Assembly (NCBI GenBank): GCA_964546045.1
Contig: CAZJIF010000001.1
Coordinates: 1-59,665 of the forward strand
Direction of reading: 5' to 3'
DNA length: 59,665 nt
Source of the DNA: an uncultured Klebsiella sp.
Lineage (GTDB): Bacteria; Cyanobacteriota; Cyanobacteriia; PCC-6307; Cyanobiaceae
A program made the position numbers and the translations under genes. Positions 1-8,503 of this stretch are shown here, in pieces. The notes under the pieces are model-generated. The model was not told the DNA's origin and did not search any database. It was given only the letters and a program-made list of their open reading frames with translations. Position 1 is the first letter of the stretch; each line of letters begins with the position of its first letter.

Positions 1-2
1 AG

Positions 3-560
3 AGTCAGATCAGCGCCACCCTGGCGCTCAAACCGGATCTGATCGTGCTCAGCCTGCAGGGGGTCGACGGCGGCAATCTGGTGCGCCAACTGCGGGAGCT
101 CGGTTACAAGGGCACAATCGTGGTCGGCAACGGGATGAACACGCCAAACATTTACCCGATCTGCCAGAAGTACTGCGACGGCTTGCTGATCGCCCAGGCC
201 TACAGCCCTGAGCTGCCCACACCCGCCAACAAGGCCTTCGTGAAGGCCTTCACAGCCAGCCAGAGCCGCAGCGGCCAGACAGCGCTGATTCCGCCCCAGC
301 TCACGGCCCAGGCCTACACCGCACTGCAGGTGGTGGCTGAGGCCCTGCAGCGGCTCGACCAGCGCACCCCACTCAAGGGGCTGAGCGTGGCCGCAGCCCG
401 CAAGGGGCTCATGGATGAAATCCTGGGCGGCACCTACCAGACGCCGCTGGGCGAGATCCGCTTCACCCCCGACGGTGAAGTGATCCAGAACAACTTCTAC
501 GTCGCCCAGGTGCGCATGAACCCAGGCGGCCGCAGCGGTCGGTTTGCGCTGCTGCCGTGA
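3..560 (+). CDS. ABC-transporter periplasmic substrate-binding protein, LivJ/type-I PBP family (5' end lies outside the window)
   Basis: Frame 3 is open from the window edge to TGA at 558-560. Roughly half of the positions are identical by eye to the C-terminal part of the next ORF (GGNLVRQLRELGY.G.IV.GNGMNTPNI.P.CQK.CDGLLI.QAY; TPLGEIRFTP.GEVIQ). Lies upstream of livHMGF-type genes. Confidence 0.8.
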   Translation, partial: SQISATLALKPDLIVLSLQGVDGGNLVRQLRELGYKGTIVVGNGMNTPNIYPICQKYCDGLLIAQAYSPELPTPANKAFVKAFTASQSRSGQTALIPPQLTAQAYTALQVVAEALQRLDQRTPLKGLSVAAARKGLMDEILGGTYQTPLGEIRFTPDGEVIQNNFYVAQVRMNPGGRSGRFALLP

Positions 561-567
561 TGGTGTC

Positions 568-1758
568 ATGAACCGACGACGCCTTCGTCCCTGGCTCATT
601 GGGGTGCTGGGCTCACTCGCAGCCGGCTCCACGCTGCTGAGCTGCAGCCGCCAGCCATCCGATGTGCTCCAGCTCGGCGGCGCCATCGCCCTCACCGGCA
701 ATGCCAGCCTGCTGGGCCAGGATGCCCGTACCGGCCTCGAGATCGCCCAGCAGCACTACGGCCAGCAGCAGCCCCAGCTGAAGCTGGTCATCGAGGACAC
801 CGGCAGCGATGAGGCCAGTGCCACCCAGGCCTTTCGGCGGCTGATCAACAACCGGGTGGTGGCAATCCTCGGGCCCTCGCTGTCGCAGCAGGGGTTTGCG
901 GTGATGCCGATGGCCGAAAGGGCCGGCATTCCCGTGATCGGCATTTCGACGACTGCCCCTGGCATCCCGGAGATCGGGCGTTTCGTAACGCGGGTGGCCT
1001 CACCGGTGACGGTGATTGCGCCCAGGTCCCTGGCCAAAGCCATCGAGCTGACCCCCAGGATCAAGCGGGTGGCGGTGTTCTTCGCCCAGGACGATGTCTT
1101 CTGCAGCTCCGAAAGCACCATCTTTCAGAAAGCCATTGGCGCCAAAGGACTGGAGCTGGTGTCGCTGCAACGCACCTCAATCAGCGACACCGACTTCCAG
1201 ATCCCGATCAGCAATGCGTTGCGCAGCCGCCCCGATCTGATCGTGATTTCTGCGCTGCCGAGCGATGGTGGCAACCTGGTGCGCCAGTTGCGGGAACTGG
1301 GCTACACGGGGCCGATCGTGGCGGGCAACGGCATGAACACACCGAACATCTTCCCGGTGTGCCAGAAGCACTGCGATGGCCTGCTCATCACCCAGGCCTA
1401 CAACCCAGCCCGCAAGAACCCAAGCAACACCGTGTTGTTGCAGCAGTTTCGGCGTGGCCGCAGCGCCGATGCGGTGCCGCCCCAGGTCACGGCCCAGGCC
1501 TTCAGCGCCTATCAGGTGGTCCATGAAGCTCTGGCCCGGGTCAAGGCCAATCTGCCCAAAGGAACCACGTTGATCAGCCTGCCCGAGAGCGATCTGCGCC
1601 AGCAACTGCTGAGCACCTTGCTGGCGATGCAATTCCAGACCCCGCTGGGGGAGATCCGCTTCACCCCTGAAGGGGAGGTGATTCAGAAGGACTTCAGCGT
1701 CGCCCGTGTGAGCATGAGCCCCGATGGCCGCGGCGGTCGCTTCGTGCTGCTGAAGTAG
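568..1758 (+). CDS. ABC-transporter substrate-binding lipoprotein, LivJ/branched-chain amino-acid-binding family
   Basis: ATG at 568 (the track ORF starts at TTG 544). Basic N-terminus followed by a hydrophobic stretch and a lipobox-like LLSC. Tandem paralogue of the preceding ORF and first gene of the liv-type operon. Confidence 0.8.
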   Translation: MNRRRLRPWLIGVLGSLAAGSTLLSCSRQPSDVLQLGGAIALTGNASLLGQDARTGLEIAQQHYGQQQPQLKLVIEDTGSDEASATQAFRRLINNRVVAILGPSLSQQGFAVMPMAERAGIPVIGISTTAPGIPEIGRFVTRVASPVTVIAPRSLAKAIELTPRIKRVAVFFAQDDVFCSSESTIFQKAIGAKGLELVSLQRTSISDTDFQIPISNALRSRPDLIVISALPSDGGNLVRQLRELGYTGPIVAGNGMNTPNIFPVCQKHCDGLLITQAYNPARKNPSNTVLLQQFRRGRSADAVPPQVTAQAFSAYQVVHEALARVKANLPKGTTLISLPESDLRQQLLSTLLAMQFQTPLGEIRFTPEGEVIQKDFSVARVSMSPDGRGGRFVLLK

Positions 1759-1762
1759 ATCC

Positions 1763-2695
1763 ATGGCCGATCTGATCCAGCTGCTGCTGAACGGCCTCTC
1801 CACAGGGGCTGTTTATGCCCTGTTTGCCCTGGGCTACACCCTGGTGTTCTCGGTGCTCGGCGTGATCAACTTCGCCCATGGGGCGGTGTTCACCCTGGGG
1901 GCTTACTTCACCTTTCTGCTGATCGGCGGCGCCGTGGGGGCCAACGGGCTGCTGGCCGGGTTTCAGCTGCCGTTTGCCCTGCCCTTCTGGCTGGCCCTGC
2001 TGCTGGCCGGTGTGGCCGCCGCTGTCGTGTCGCTGCTGATCGAGCGCATCGCCTTCCGGCCGCTGCGCGAACGGGGCGCCGATCCCCTTCTCGCCCTGAT
2101 CACCAGCCTGGGGGCCGGGGTTGTGCTGGTGAACCTGATCCAGCTGCTGGTGGGGGCCGAAAGCTACGCGATCCCCACCAGTGCCCTGGCGGGATTACCC
2201 GCGGCGATCAGGCTGTTTGGGGCTCAGGTGCGCACGGTGCAGCTGCTGTTGCTGGCGGTGGCAGCGGTGCTGCTGGTGGCGCTGAGCCTTTGGATCGATG
2301 GCAGCCGCAGCGGCAAGGCCCTGCGCGCCGTGGCCGAAGACGCCACCACAGCCCAGCTGCTCGGCATCCCCAGCGGTCGCATGATCCAGATCGCGTTTGG
2401 CCTCAGCGGCTTTCTCGCTGGGATCGCCGGTGGCCTGGTGGGCCTCAGCGTCAGCATCGCCGGGCCCTACTTCGGCATCGGCTATGGGCTCAAGGGCCTG
2501 GGCGTGCTGGTGCTGGGCGGCCTTGGCAGCGTGCCCGGGGCTGTTCTGGGGGGGCTGATCATCGGCATCGCCGAGGCCTGTGTGCCGGCTGAACTGTCGG
2601 GCTACCGCGATGTTGTGGCTTACGGCTTCCTGTTTGTGGTGCTGCTGTTGCGGCCCCAGGGACTGCTGGGCCGCGTGCTTCCCACCAAGGTGTGA
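1763..2695 (+). CDS. livH: Branched-chain amino-acid ABC transporter permease (LivH type)
   Basis: 310-aa polytopic membrane protein with a typical LivH N-terminus (LIQLLLNGLSTGAVYALFALGYTLVFSVLGVINFAHG). Stop overlaps the next start. Confidence 0.85.
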   Translation: MADLIQLLLNGLSTGAVYALFALGYTLVFSVLGVINFAHGAVFTLGAYFTFLLIGGAVGANGLLAGFQLPFALPFWLALLLAGVAAAVVSLLIERIAFRPLRERGADPLLALITSLGAGVVLVNLIQLLVGAESYAIPTSALAGLPAAIRLFGAQVRTVQLLLLAVAAVLLVALSLWIDGSRSGKALRAVAEDATTAQLLGIPSGRMIQIAFGLSGFLAGIAGGLVGLSVSIAGPYFGIGYGLKGLGVLVLGGLGSVPGAVLGGLIIGIAEACVPAELSGYRDVVAYGFLFVVLLLRPQGLLGRVLPTKV

Positions 2696-3606
2696 TGGAC
2701 GCCAGCCTGCTGACACAGATGCTGATCGGCGCCCTGCTGGGGGTATCGGTGTACCTGCCGCTGCGCTGCGGCCAGTTGTCGCTGGCCACACCCGGGTTTT
2801 ATGCCATCGGCGGCACGTTGGCCGCATTGCTGTCGACCCGGGTGAGCGTCCTGGGGGGCAACGACCCCACCTACCCGATCAGCTCGGTGCTGCTGGAGAT
2901 GGTGCTGGCAGGCCTGCTCTGTGGGGCGCTGGCCGTTGGCATCGGCGCTGTGGTGCTGCGGCTGCGGGGGGTGTACCTGGCGATCGCCACCATCGCGCTG
3001 GTGGAGATCCTGCGCGTCACCACGCTCAACCAGGAGGGTCTGGGCGGTGCCGTGGGCATCTTCGGCATCCCACAGCCGTTCAATGAGCCCAGCGGCTATG
3101 CCCTGTTCACGCTGCTGCTGCTGGCTGGCATCTGCTGGCTGTGCGATCGGGTCGAGCGCAACCGCCTGGGGCGCGCCATGGCGGCGATCCGCGATGACGA
3201 ACTGGCCGCCGCCTGCCAGGGCATCAACACCGAGCGCACCAAGCTGGTGGCGTTTGTGCTGAGCGCCGTGGTCGCAGGCCTGGTGGGGGTGATCAGCGCC
3301 CACTTTCTCAACAGCTGGAACGCCCGCCTGGGCAATTTTGACGCCAGCATCACCACCCTGGCCTTCGTGGTGTTCGGTGGCTCGCGCACCTGGGCCGGTC
3401 CGGTGGTGGGGGGCCTGGTGCTCACCGCCCTGCCCGAGCTGCTGCGGCCGATCGGCGACCTGCGGCTGATCGTGTTTGGCCTGGTGATCCTGGTGGGGCC
3501 CCTGCTGCTGCCCCAGGGTCTGATCAACCCAGCCCTGATCGGTGCATGGCGGCACCGGCTGCTGGGCCGCCGGGCCAGCGCGGCGGCGCCAGAGTCGCGA
3601 CCATGA
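2692..3606 (+). CDS. livM: Branched-chain amino-acid ABC transporter permease (LivM type)
   Basis: 304-aa polytopic membrane protein. ATGA overlaps with both flanking genes. Contains the LivM-like RLGRAMAAIRDDELAA motif. Confidence 0.85.
   Translation: MMDASLLTQMLIGALLGVSVYLPLRCGQLSLATPGFYAIGGTLAALLSTRVSVLGGNDPTYPISSVLLEMVLAGLLCGALAVGIGAVVLRLRGVYLAIATIALVEILRVTTLNQEGLGGAVGIFGIPQPFNEPSGYALFTLLLLAGICWLCDRVERNRLGRAMAAIRDDELAAACQGINTERTKLVAFVLSAVVAGLVGVISAHFLNSWNARLGNFDASITTLAFVVFGGSRTWAGPVVGGLVLTALPELLRPIGDLRLIVFGLVILVGPLLLPQGLINPALIGAWRHRLLGRRASAAAPESRP
2980..2987. repeat. HIP1 octamer GCGATCGC (one of at least 13 dispersed copies)
   Basis: Copies read at 2980, 4072, 4979, 6294, 7669, 16068, 29978, 32007, 40656, 43815, 50187, 53056 and 54433 (start positions). 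Confidence 0.8.
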
Positions 3607-4373
3607 CCGCTCCACTGCTCGAAACCCGCAACCTGGGCGTTCGTTTCGGCGGGCTGCAGGCCCTGGAAGGCGTCGACCTGCAGATCCATCGCGGCGAGAT
3701 CTTTGGCCTGCTCGGCCCCAATGGCGCCGGCAAGACCACGCTGTTCAACCTGATCTCAGGGCTGACACCCGCCAGCAGTGGCACCGTGCTGTGGCGCGGC
3801 GCCACGATCAGCGGCCTCAATGCCAACCGCATCGCCCGCCTGGGCCTGGCCCGCACCTTCCAGAACCTGCGGCTGTTCAGCTCGCTGAGCTGCCGCGACA
3901 ACGTGCTGGTGGGCCTGCACCGCCAGGCCCGGCTGCCCTGGGCCGCTGCGCTGTTGGGCACCCCCCTGGCGCGGAAGCGCCAGCGCGAGCTTCTGAACCG
4001 GGCGCAGGAGCTGCTCGAACTGCTCGAGATCGGCCAGCTGGCCGAGCAGAACGCCGCCGCGTTGTCCTACGGCGATCGCCGCCGCCTCGAGATCGCCAGG
4101 GCCCTGGCCAACAGCCCGGAACTGCTGCTGCTCGATGAACCCGCTGCTGGCATGAACCCGGGTGAAAAAGACCAGCTGCGCGACCTGATCCGCCGCATCC
4201 GCGACCAGTTCGACCTGACGGTCCTGATCATCGAGCACCACGTGCCCTTGATGCTGGGATTGTGCGACCGTCTGGCGGTGCTGAACTTCGGCCGCCGCAT
4301 CGCCCTGGGGAGTCCTGAACAGGTGCGCCACGACCCCGCGGTGATCGAGGCCTATCTGGGGGTGAGCAGCTGA
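3603..4373 (+). CDS. livG: Branched-chain amino-acid ABC transporter ATP-binding protein (LivG type)
   Basis: ATG 3603 overlaps the livM stop (ATGA). Walker A GPNGAGKTT, signature LSYGDRRRLEIARAL, Walker B LLLLDEPAAG. Confidence 0.9.
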   Translation: MTAPLLETRNLGVRFGGLQALEGVDLQIHRGEIFGLLGPNGAGKTTLFNLISGLTPASSGTVLWRGATISGLNANRIARLGLARTFQNLRLFSSLSCRDNVLVGLHRQARLPWAAALLGTPLARKRQRELLNRAQELLELLEIGQLAEQNAAALSYGDRRRLEIARALANSPELLLLDEPAAGMNPGEKDQLRDLIRRIRDQFDLTVLIIEHHVPLMLGLCDRLAVLNFGRRIALGSPEQVRHDPAVIEAYLGVSS

Positions 4374-5089
4374 TGGCGATGCCTCTGCTGGAGCTGAGCA
4401 GGCTGACCGTGCGCTATGGCGGCATCACCGCCCTGCGGGACCTCGACCTGCTGGTGCATCCAGGGGAGCTGGTGGCCCTGCTGGGCGCCAACGGCGCCGG
4501 CAAAAGCACGACCCTGCGTGCGATCTCGCAGCTGGTTCCGGCTGCCGCGGGCACAATTCGCTGGAATGGGGGCGCGATCAACGGCATTCCCGTTGAACGC
4601 ACCGTCAGGCTGGGCATCGGCCATTGCCCCGAGGGTCGCCGCGTGTTGACCCGCCAGAGCGTCGCTGACAATCTGAGCCTCGGTGCCTGGCTCAGGCGCG
4701 ACGAGGCTGGGATCCGCGCCGACCTGGAGCGCTGCTACGAGCTCTTTCCCAGGTTGGCGGAGCGGCGCAACCAGCTGGCGGGCTCCCTGTCCGGAGGCGA
4801 ACAGCAGATGCTGGCTATTGCCCGGTCGCTGATGGGCCGGCCGCAACTGTTGATGCTCGATGAACCGAGCCTGGGCCTGGCCCCCAAGCTGGTGGCCGAG
4901 GTGATCGGGGCGCTGGCCACCCTGCACCGCGACGGGCTGACGATGCTGCTGGTGGAGCAGAACGCCAGCGCAGCCCTGGCGATCGCCGATCGGGCCTACG
5001 TGCTGGTCTCGGGCAGCCTTGAACAGCAGGGGAACGCCGCCGACCTGCGCGCCGACGCCCGGATCAGGGCGGCCTACCTGGGGCCCTGA
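4373..5089 (+). CDS. livF: Branched-chain amino-acid ABC transporter ATP-binding protein (LivF type)
   Basis: Walker A GANGAGKST, signature LSGGEQQMLAIARSL, Walker B LLMLDEPSLGL. Start overlaps the livG stop. Confidence 0.9.
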   Translation: MAMPLLELSRLTVRYGGITALRDLDLLVHPGELVALLGANGAGKSTTLRAISQLVPAAAGTIRWNGGAINGIPVERTVRLGIGHCPEGRRVLTRQSVADNLSLGAWLRRDEAGIRADLERCYELFPRLAERRNQLAGSLSGGEQQMLAIARSLMGRPQLLMLDEPSLGLAPKLVAEVIGALATLHRDGLTMLLVEQNASAALAIADRAYVLVSGSLEQQGNAADLRADARIRAAYLGP

Positions 5090-5092
5090 GGC

Positions 5093-5359
5093 TCAGGCCT
5101 TGTCGACCTGCTCCTCGCTGCTGCCGAAGGCATGCAACAGAGCATCACCCCAGCTATTAATCGAGGCGAGTTGGTGGTCCTCAGCAGAGGCCAGCGCCTT
5201 GCCCTGCTCGCGCAGCAGCACCGCTTTGTCGAGGCTGTGGCCGTGGGCTGCAGCGATGGTCACCACATCGTCGACGCCGCTGGCTGCATGCAGCTTGTCG
5301 CGCAGCTGTCCATCAGCTGACACCGACGCAGCAAAGGAACGCAGAGCGGAAAGCGACAT
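5093..5359 (-). CDS. Nif11-domain small protein (88 aa)
   Basis: N-terminal LSALRSFAASVSADGQLRDKLHAA..DDVVTIAAAHGHSL follows the Nif11 leader pattern (L.AFL.KV..D..L...L......D.VV.IA...GF). No Cys and no Gly-Gly site. Confidence 0.7.
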   Translation of the reverse strand: MSLSALRSFAASVSADGQLRDKLHAASGVDDVVTIAAAHGHSLDKAVLLREQGKALASAEDHQLASINSWGDALLHAFGSSEEQVDKA

Positions 5360-5419
5360 GAGGGGAGGCGCAACGCTCCTGTCCTAGCAGCACAGGGCAC
5401 GGGAGCTACCGTTCATTCA

Positions 5420-6538
5420 ATGGAACCGTTATTAACGAGCATCGCCCGGCGGGTCCGCAATTTGACAGCCCAGCAGCGCCGTCGGCTGCAGCTGGCGGCC
5501 CTGCTCGTGCTAACCCTTGCAGGCACGGGCCTGGTGCAGATAAGCCTGCAGGACCAGCAGCGCAAACGCGCCAGACAGGCCGCTCTGACGGCACCGATCA
5601 CGACGGTCACCGCCCTCGGCCGGCTCGAACCCGTTGGCGAGGTGATCAGCGTGGCGCCAGCGGCCAGTGCCATGGGCGGGGCCCAGGTCAGGCTCAGGCA
5701 GCTGCTGGTCGATGAAGGCGACACGGTGCGCCAGGGCCAGCTGCTGGCCGAGATGGACTCCCTGGCCAGGCTGAGCCGCGCCGTTGAGGAGGCGGCCGCC
5801 CAGGTCGCCATCGCCCAGACGCAGCTGCAGGTGGCCGCGGCCAGCCAGCGCAGCGAACTCCAGAGCCAGCGCGCCCGTGTGCTGCGGGCCCAGGCCAACC
5901 TGCGCACGGCCGCTGCCGAGGAACGCCGCTACCGCGAGCTTTACCGCAGCGGTGCCGCCTCGGCTTCGCTGTACGAGAGCCGGTCCCTGAGCCTGGAAAC
6001 AGCCCGCGCCGACGTCGAAGAAGCCCGCAGTCGCCTGCAGCGGCTCGAGGTCCGGGTGCCGAGCGCCGATGGGGCCATCAGTCTCGAGGAAGCCAAGGCC
6101 CAGCGCGAACTGCAGGCCGCACGCTCGCACCTGCTGCGCACCAGAGCCGAACGCGACGATGCCCTGGTGCGGGCGCCGATCAGCGGGCGGGTGTTGAGCG
6201 TGCTGACCCGCCCCGGCGAAGTGCCCGGCGCCGGCGGCATTCTCGAATTGGGCCGCACCGATCGCATGCAGCTGGTGGCGGAGGTTTATCAGAGCGATCG
6301 CAGCCGTCTGCAGCTGGGCCAACCGGTGCGCATCACCAGCACCGCCCTGACAGTTCCCCTGCAGGGCACGGTCAGCCGCATCGGCGCGATCGTGCGGCGC
6401 CAGTCGCTGATCAACACCGACCCCAGCGCCAACACCGACACCCGCGTGATCGAGGTGCGTGCCCGCCTCGATCCGGCCAGCAATGGTCGGGCGGCTGATC
6501 TGTCGAACCTGCAGGTCACAGCCGTGTTCGGACGATGA
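5420..6538 (+). CDS. devB: ABC-exporter membrane fusion protein, DevB/HlyD family
   Basis: N-terminal TM segment, a long coiled-coil region rich in A/Q/R/E, and a C-terminal beta-barrel segment (RAPISGRVLSV). First gene of a devBCA-type triplet. Confidence 0.8.
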   Translation: MEPLLTSIARRVRNLTAQQRRRLQLAALLVLTLAGTGLVQISLQDQQRKRARQAALTAPITTVTALGRLEPVGEVISVAPAASAMGGAQVRLRQLLVDEGDTVRQGQLLAEMDSLARLSRAVEEAAAQVAIAQTQLQVAAASQRSELQSQRARVLRAQANLRTAAAEERRYRELYRSGAASASLYESRSLSLETARADVEEARSRLQRLEVRVPSADGAISLEEAKAQRELQAARSHLLRTRAERDDALVRAPISGRVLSVLTRPGEVPGAGGILELGRTDRMQLVAEVYQSDRSRLQLGQPVRITSTALTVPLQGTVSRIGAIVRRQSLINTDPSANTDTRVIEVRARLDPASNGRAADLSNLQVTAVFGR

Positions 6539-7719
6539 GAACGCCGGCCCACCTGTGGCAGCAATGGCGCCAACGCACCCCCCTGGGCTGGTTGCAGCTG
6601 CGCCATGACCGGGGCCGGTTGCTGGTGGCCCTGGCCGGCATCGCCTTTGCCGATGTGCTGATGTTCACCCAGCTCGGGTTTCAGGCCTCGATCTACGACG
6701 CCAACACCCGCTTTCACAGGGCACTGCACGCCGACATCGTGCTGCTGAGCCCTAAGGCGCAGAACCTGCAGAACCTGTCGACCTTTCCGCGCAGGCGGCT
6801 GCTGCAGGCTCTGGACGTGCCTGGGGTGCAAGGCGGCCACGGCCTGTACGTGAGCACCCTCACCTGGAAAAACCCGGACACCCGAAGAGATGCCACGGTG
6901 CAACTGTTCGGCTTCGATCCGGATGCCCCGCTGTTCAACATTGCCGAGGTGACCGCCCAGCAACACAAGCTCAAGCAAGCCGACACGGTGCTGTTTGATC
7001 GGGGTGCGCGGGGTCCCTACCAAGCGACCATTGCGGCGCTGGAGCGGGGCGAGAGCCTCAGCACCGAAGCCGAACGGCGCACGCTGCTGATCACCGGGCT
7101 GTTTCCTCTGGGGGCCAGCTTCGGCTCCGATGGGACCCTGATGGCCAGCGACCTCACCTTTCTGCGGCAGTTCCCCCGACGCAGCGTGGGCAGCCTCAGC
7201 CTGGGACTGGTTGCGCTGCAACCGGGAGCCGATGCCGACCTGGTCGCCGCGCGCATGCGCCGCCATCTGGATGCCGATGTGAAGGTGCTGACCAAGACCG
7301 AGTACGTGGCCTTTGAGCAGGCCTACTGGCGACGGGCCTCGCCGGTAGGGGTGATCTTCGGCATGGGCACGGTGATGGCCTTCGTCGTAGGTGTGGTGAT
7401 TGTGTATCAGGTGCTGTCCACGGATGTGGCGTCCCACCTGGGTGAATACGCCACCTTCCGAGCGATGGGCTACCGCAACCGCTACCTGCTGGGGGTGGTG
7501 TTCGAGCAGGCATTGGTGCTGGCCAGCCTGGGATTCCTGCCGGGCTTTGTGCTGCCGATCGGCATCTATGCCCTGGCATCGAAGGCGACCTTTCTACCGA
7601 TCGCGATGACCGCCGAACGGGCGATCAAGGTGTTTCTGCTGACGGTGCTGATGTGCGGCGCCTCGGGGGCGATCGCCACCCGCCGCCTGCAGGCGGCGGA
7701 CCCGGCCGAACTGTTCTGA
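6535..7719 (+). CDS. devC: ABC-exporter permease, DevC/FtsX-like family
   Basis: ATGA overlap with devB. 394 aa with an N-terminal TM segment, a large extracytoplasmic loop and three C-terminal TM segments (FtsX topology). Confidence 0.8.
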   Translation: MRTPAHLWQQWRQRTPLGWLQLRHDRGRLLVALAGIAFADVLMFTQLGFQASIYDANTRFHRALHADIVLLSPKAQNLQNLSTFPRRRLLQALDVPGVQGGHGLYVSTLTWKNPDTRRDATVQLFGFDPDAPLFNIAEVTAQQHKLKQADTVLFDRGARGPYQATIAALERGESLSTEAERRTLLITGLFPLGASFGSDGTLMASDLTFLRQFPRRSVGSLSLGLVALQPGADADLVAARMRRHLDADVKVLTKTEYVAFEQAYWRRASPVGVIFGMGTVMAFVVGVVIVYQVLSTDVASHLGEYATFRAMGYRNRYLLGVVFEQALVLASLGFLPGFVLPIGIYALASKATFLPIAMTAERAIKVFLLTVLMCGASGAIATRRLQAADPAELF

Positions 7720-7724
7720 GGCTG

Positions 7725-8456
7725 ATGCCAACTCTGAGGCCCATGCCAACCCCAGCGGCGATCAGCATCACCGGACTTCAGCACCACTTCGGCCACGGCA
7801 ACCTGCGCCGCCAGGTGCTGCACGACATCGATCTCGAGGTGTGGCCAGGGGAAATCGTGCTGCTGACCGGTCCCTCCGGCTCGGGCAAAACCACCCTGTT
7901 GACCCTGATCGGCGGACTGCGCCACGGACAATGCGGCAGTGTGATGGTGCTGGGCCATGAGCTGATCGGTTGCAGCGACAAACAGCTCAGCCAGGCCCGG
8001 CGAGACCACGGGTACATCTTTCAGGCGCACAACCTGCACCGAAGCCTCACAGCGCTGCAGAACGTGCGCATGGCCCTGGAGGTGCGCGGTGATCTCGATC
8101 GCGCCACCATGGACCGCCGGGCAGCCCGAATGCTGGAGCAAGTGGGACTGGCACCCCAGATCGAGAGCTACCCGGATCAATTGTCGGGTGGCCAGAAGCA
8201 GCGGGTCGCCGTAGCCCGCGCGCTGGTGCACAACCCGCCACTGGTGCTGGCCGATGAACCAACGGCAGCCCTCGACAGCCGCTCAGGCCGTGAAGTGGTC
8301 ACCAGGATGCAAGAGCTCGCGCGCGAGCAGCACAGCACCATCCTGCTGGTCACCCACGACAACCGCATTCTCGACATTGCCGACCGCGTGCTGACCATGG
8401 ACGACGGGCACCTGCGCGAAGAGGGGCGCAGGTTGAACCCGTCACCCCCGCCATAG
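7725..8456 (+). CDS. devA: ABC-exporter ATP-binding protein, DevA family
   Basis: Walker A GPSGSGKTT, signature LSGGQKQRVAVARAL, Walker B LVLADEPTAALD. Start is ATG 7725 or 7743; the track ORF from 7653 overlaps devC. Confidence 0.85.
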   Translation: MPTLRPMPTPAAISITGLQHHFGHGNLRRQVLHDIDLEVWPGEIVLLTGPSGSGKTTLLTLIGGLRHGQCGSVMVLGHELIGCSDKQLSQARRDHGYIFQAHNLHRSLTALQNVRMALEVRGDLDRATMDRRAARMLEQVGLAPQIESYPDQLSGGQKQRVAVARALVHNPPLVLADEPTAALDSRSGREVVTRMQELAREQHSTILLVTHDNRILDIADRVLTMDDGHLREEGRRLNPSPPP

Positions 8457-8503
8457 CCAGCTGCAGCGATTGGCAATAGGGTTCGCCCGTCAGCTGATCG
8501 ACG

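Noticed and set aside
2620-3615. 331-aa antisense ORF opposite livM, plus many similar long ORFs opposite real genes (e.g. 1177-1803, 5510-6322, 6289-7437, 14449-15177, 16513-17331, 32807-34252, 34488-35738, 52266-53747, 53787-55043)
   Set aside because: All are Ala/Arg/Pro/Gly/Gln/His-rich translations with no motifs. They lie exactly opposite or out of frame to ORFs that carry strong family signatures. Stop-codon scarcity at about 65% GC explains them.
5093-5359. Lanthipeptide/prochlorosin-type precursors (both Nif11 genes, also 29322-29582)
   Set aside because: Neither peptide has Cys in the C-terminal region, and no LanM, cyclodehydratase, radical-SAM or C39-peptidase transporter gene is present in the window. 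I kept them only as Nif11-domain or Nif11-leader peptides.
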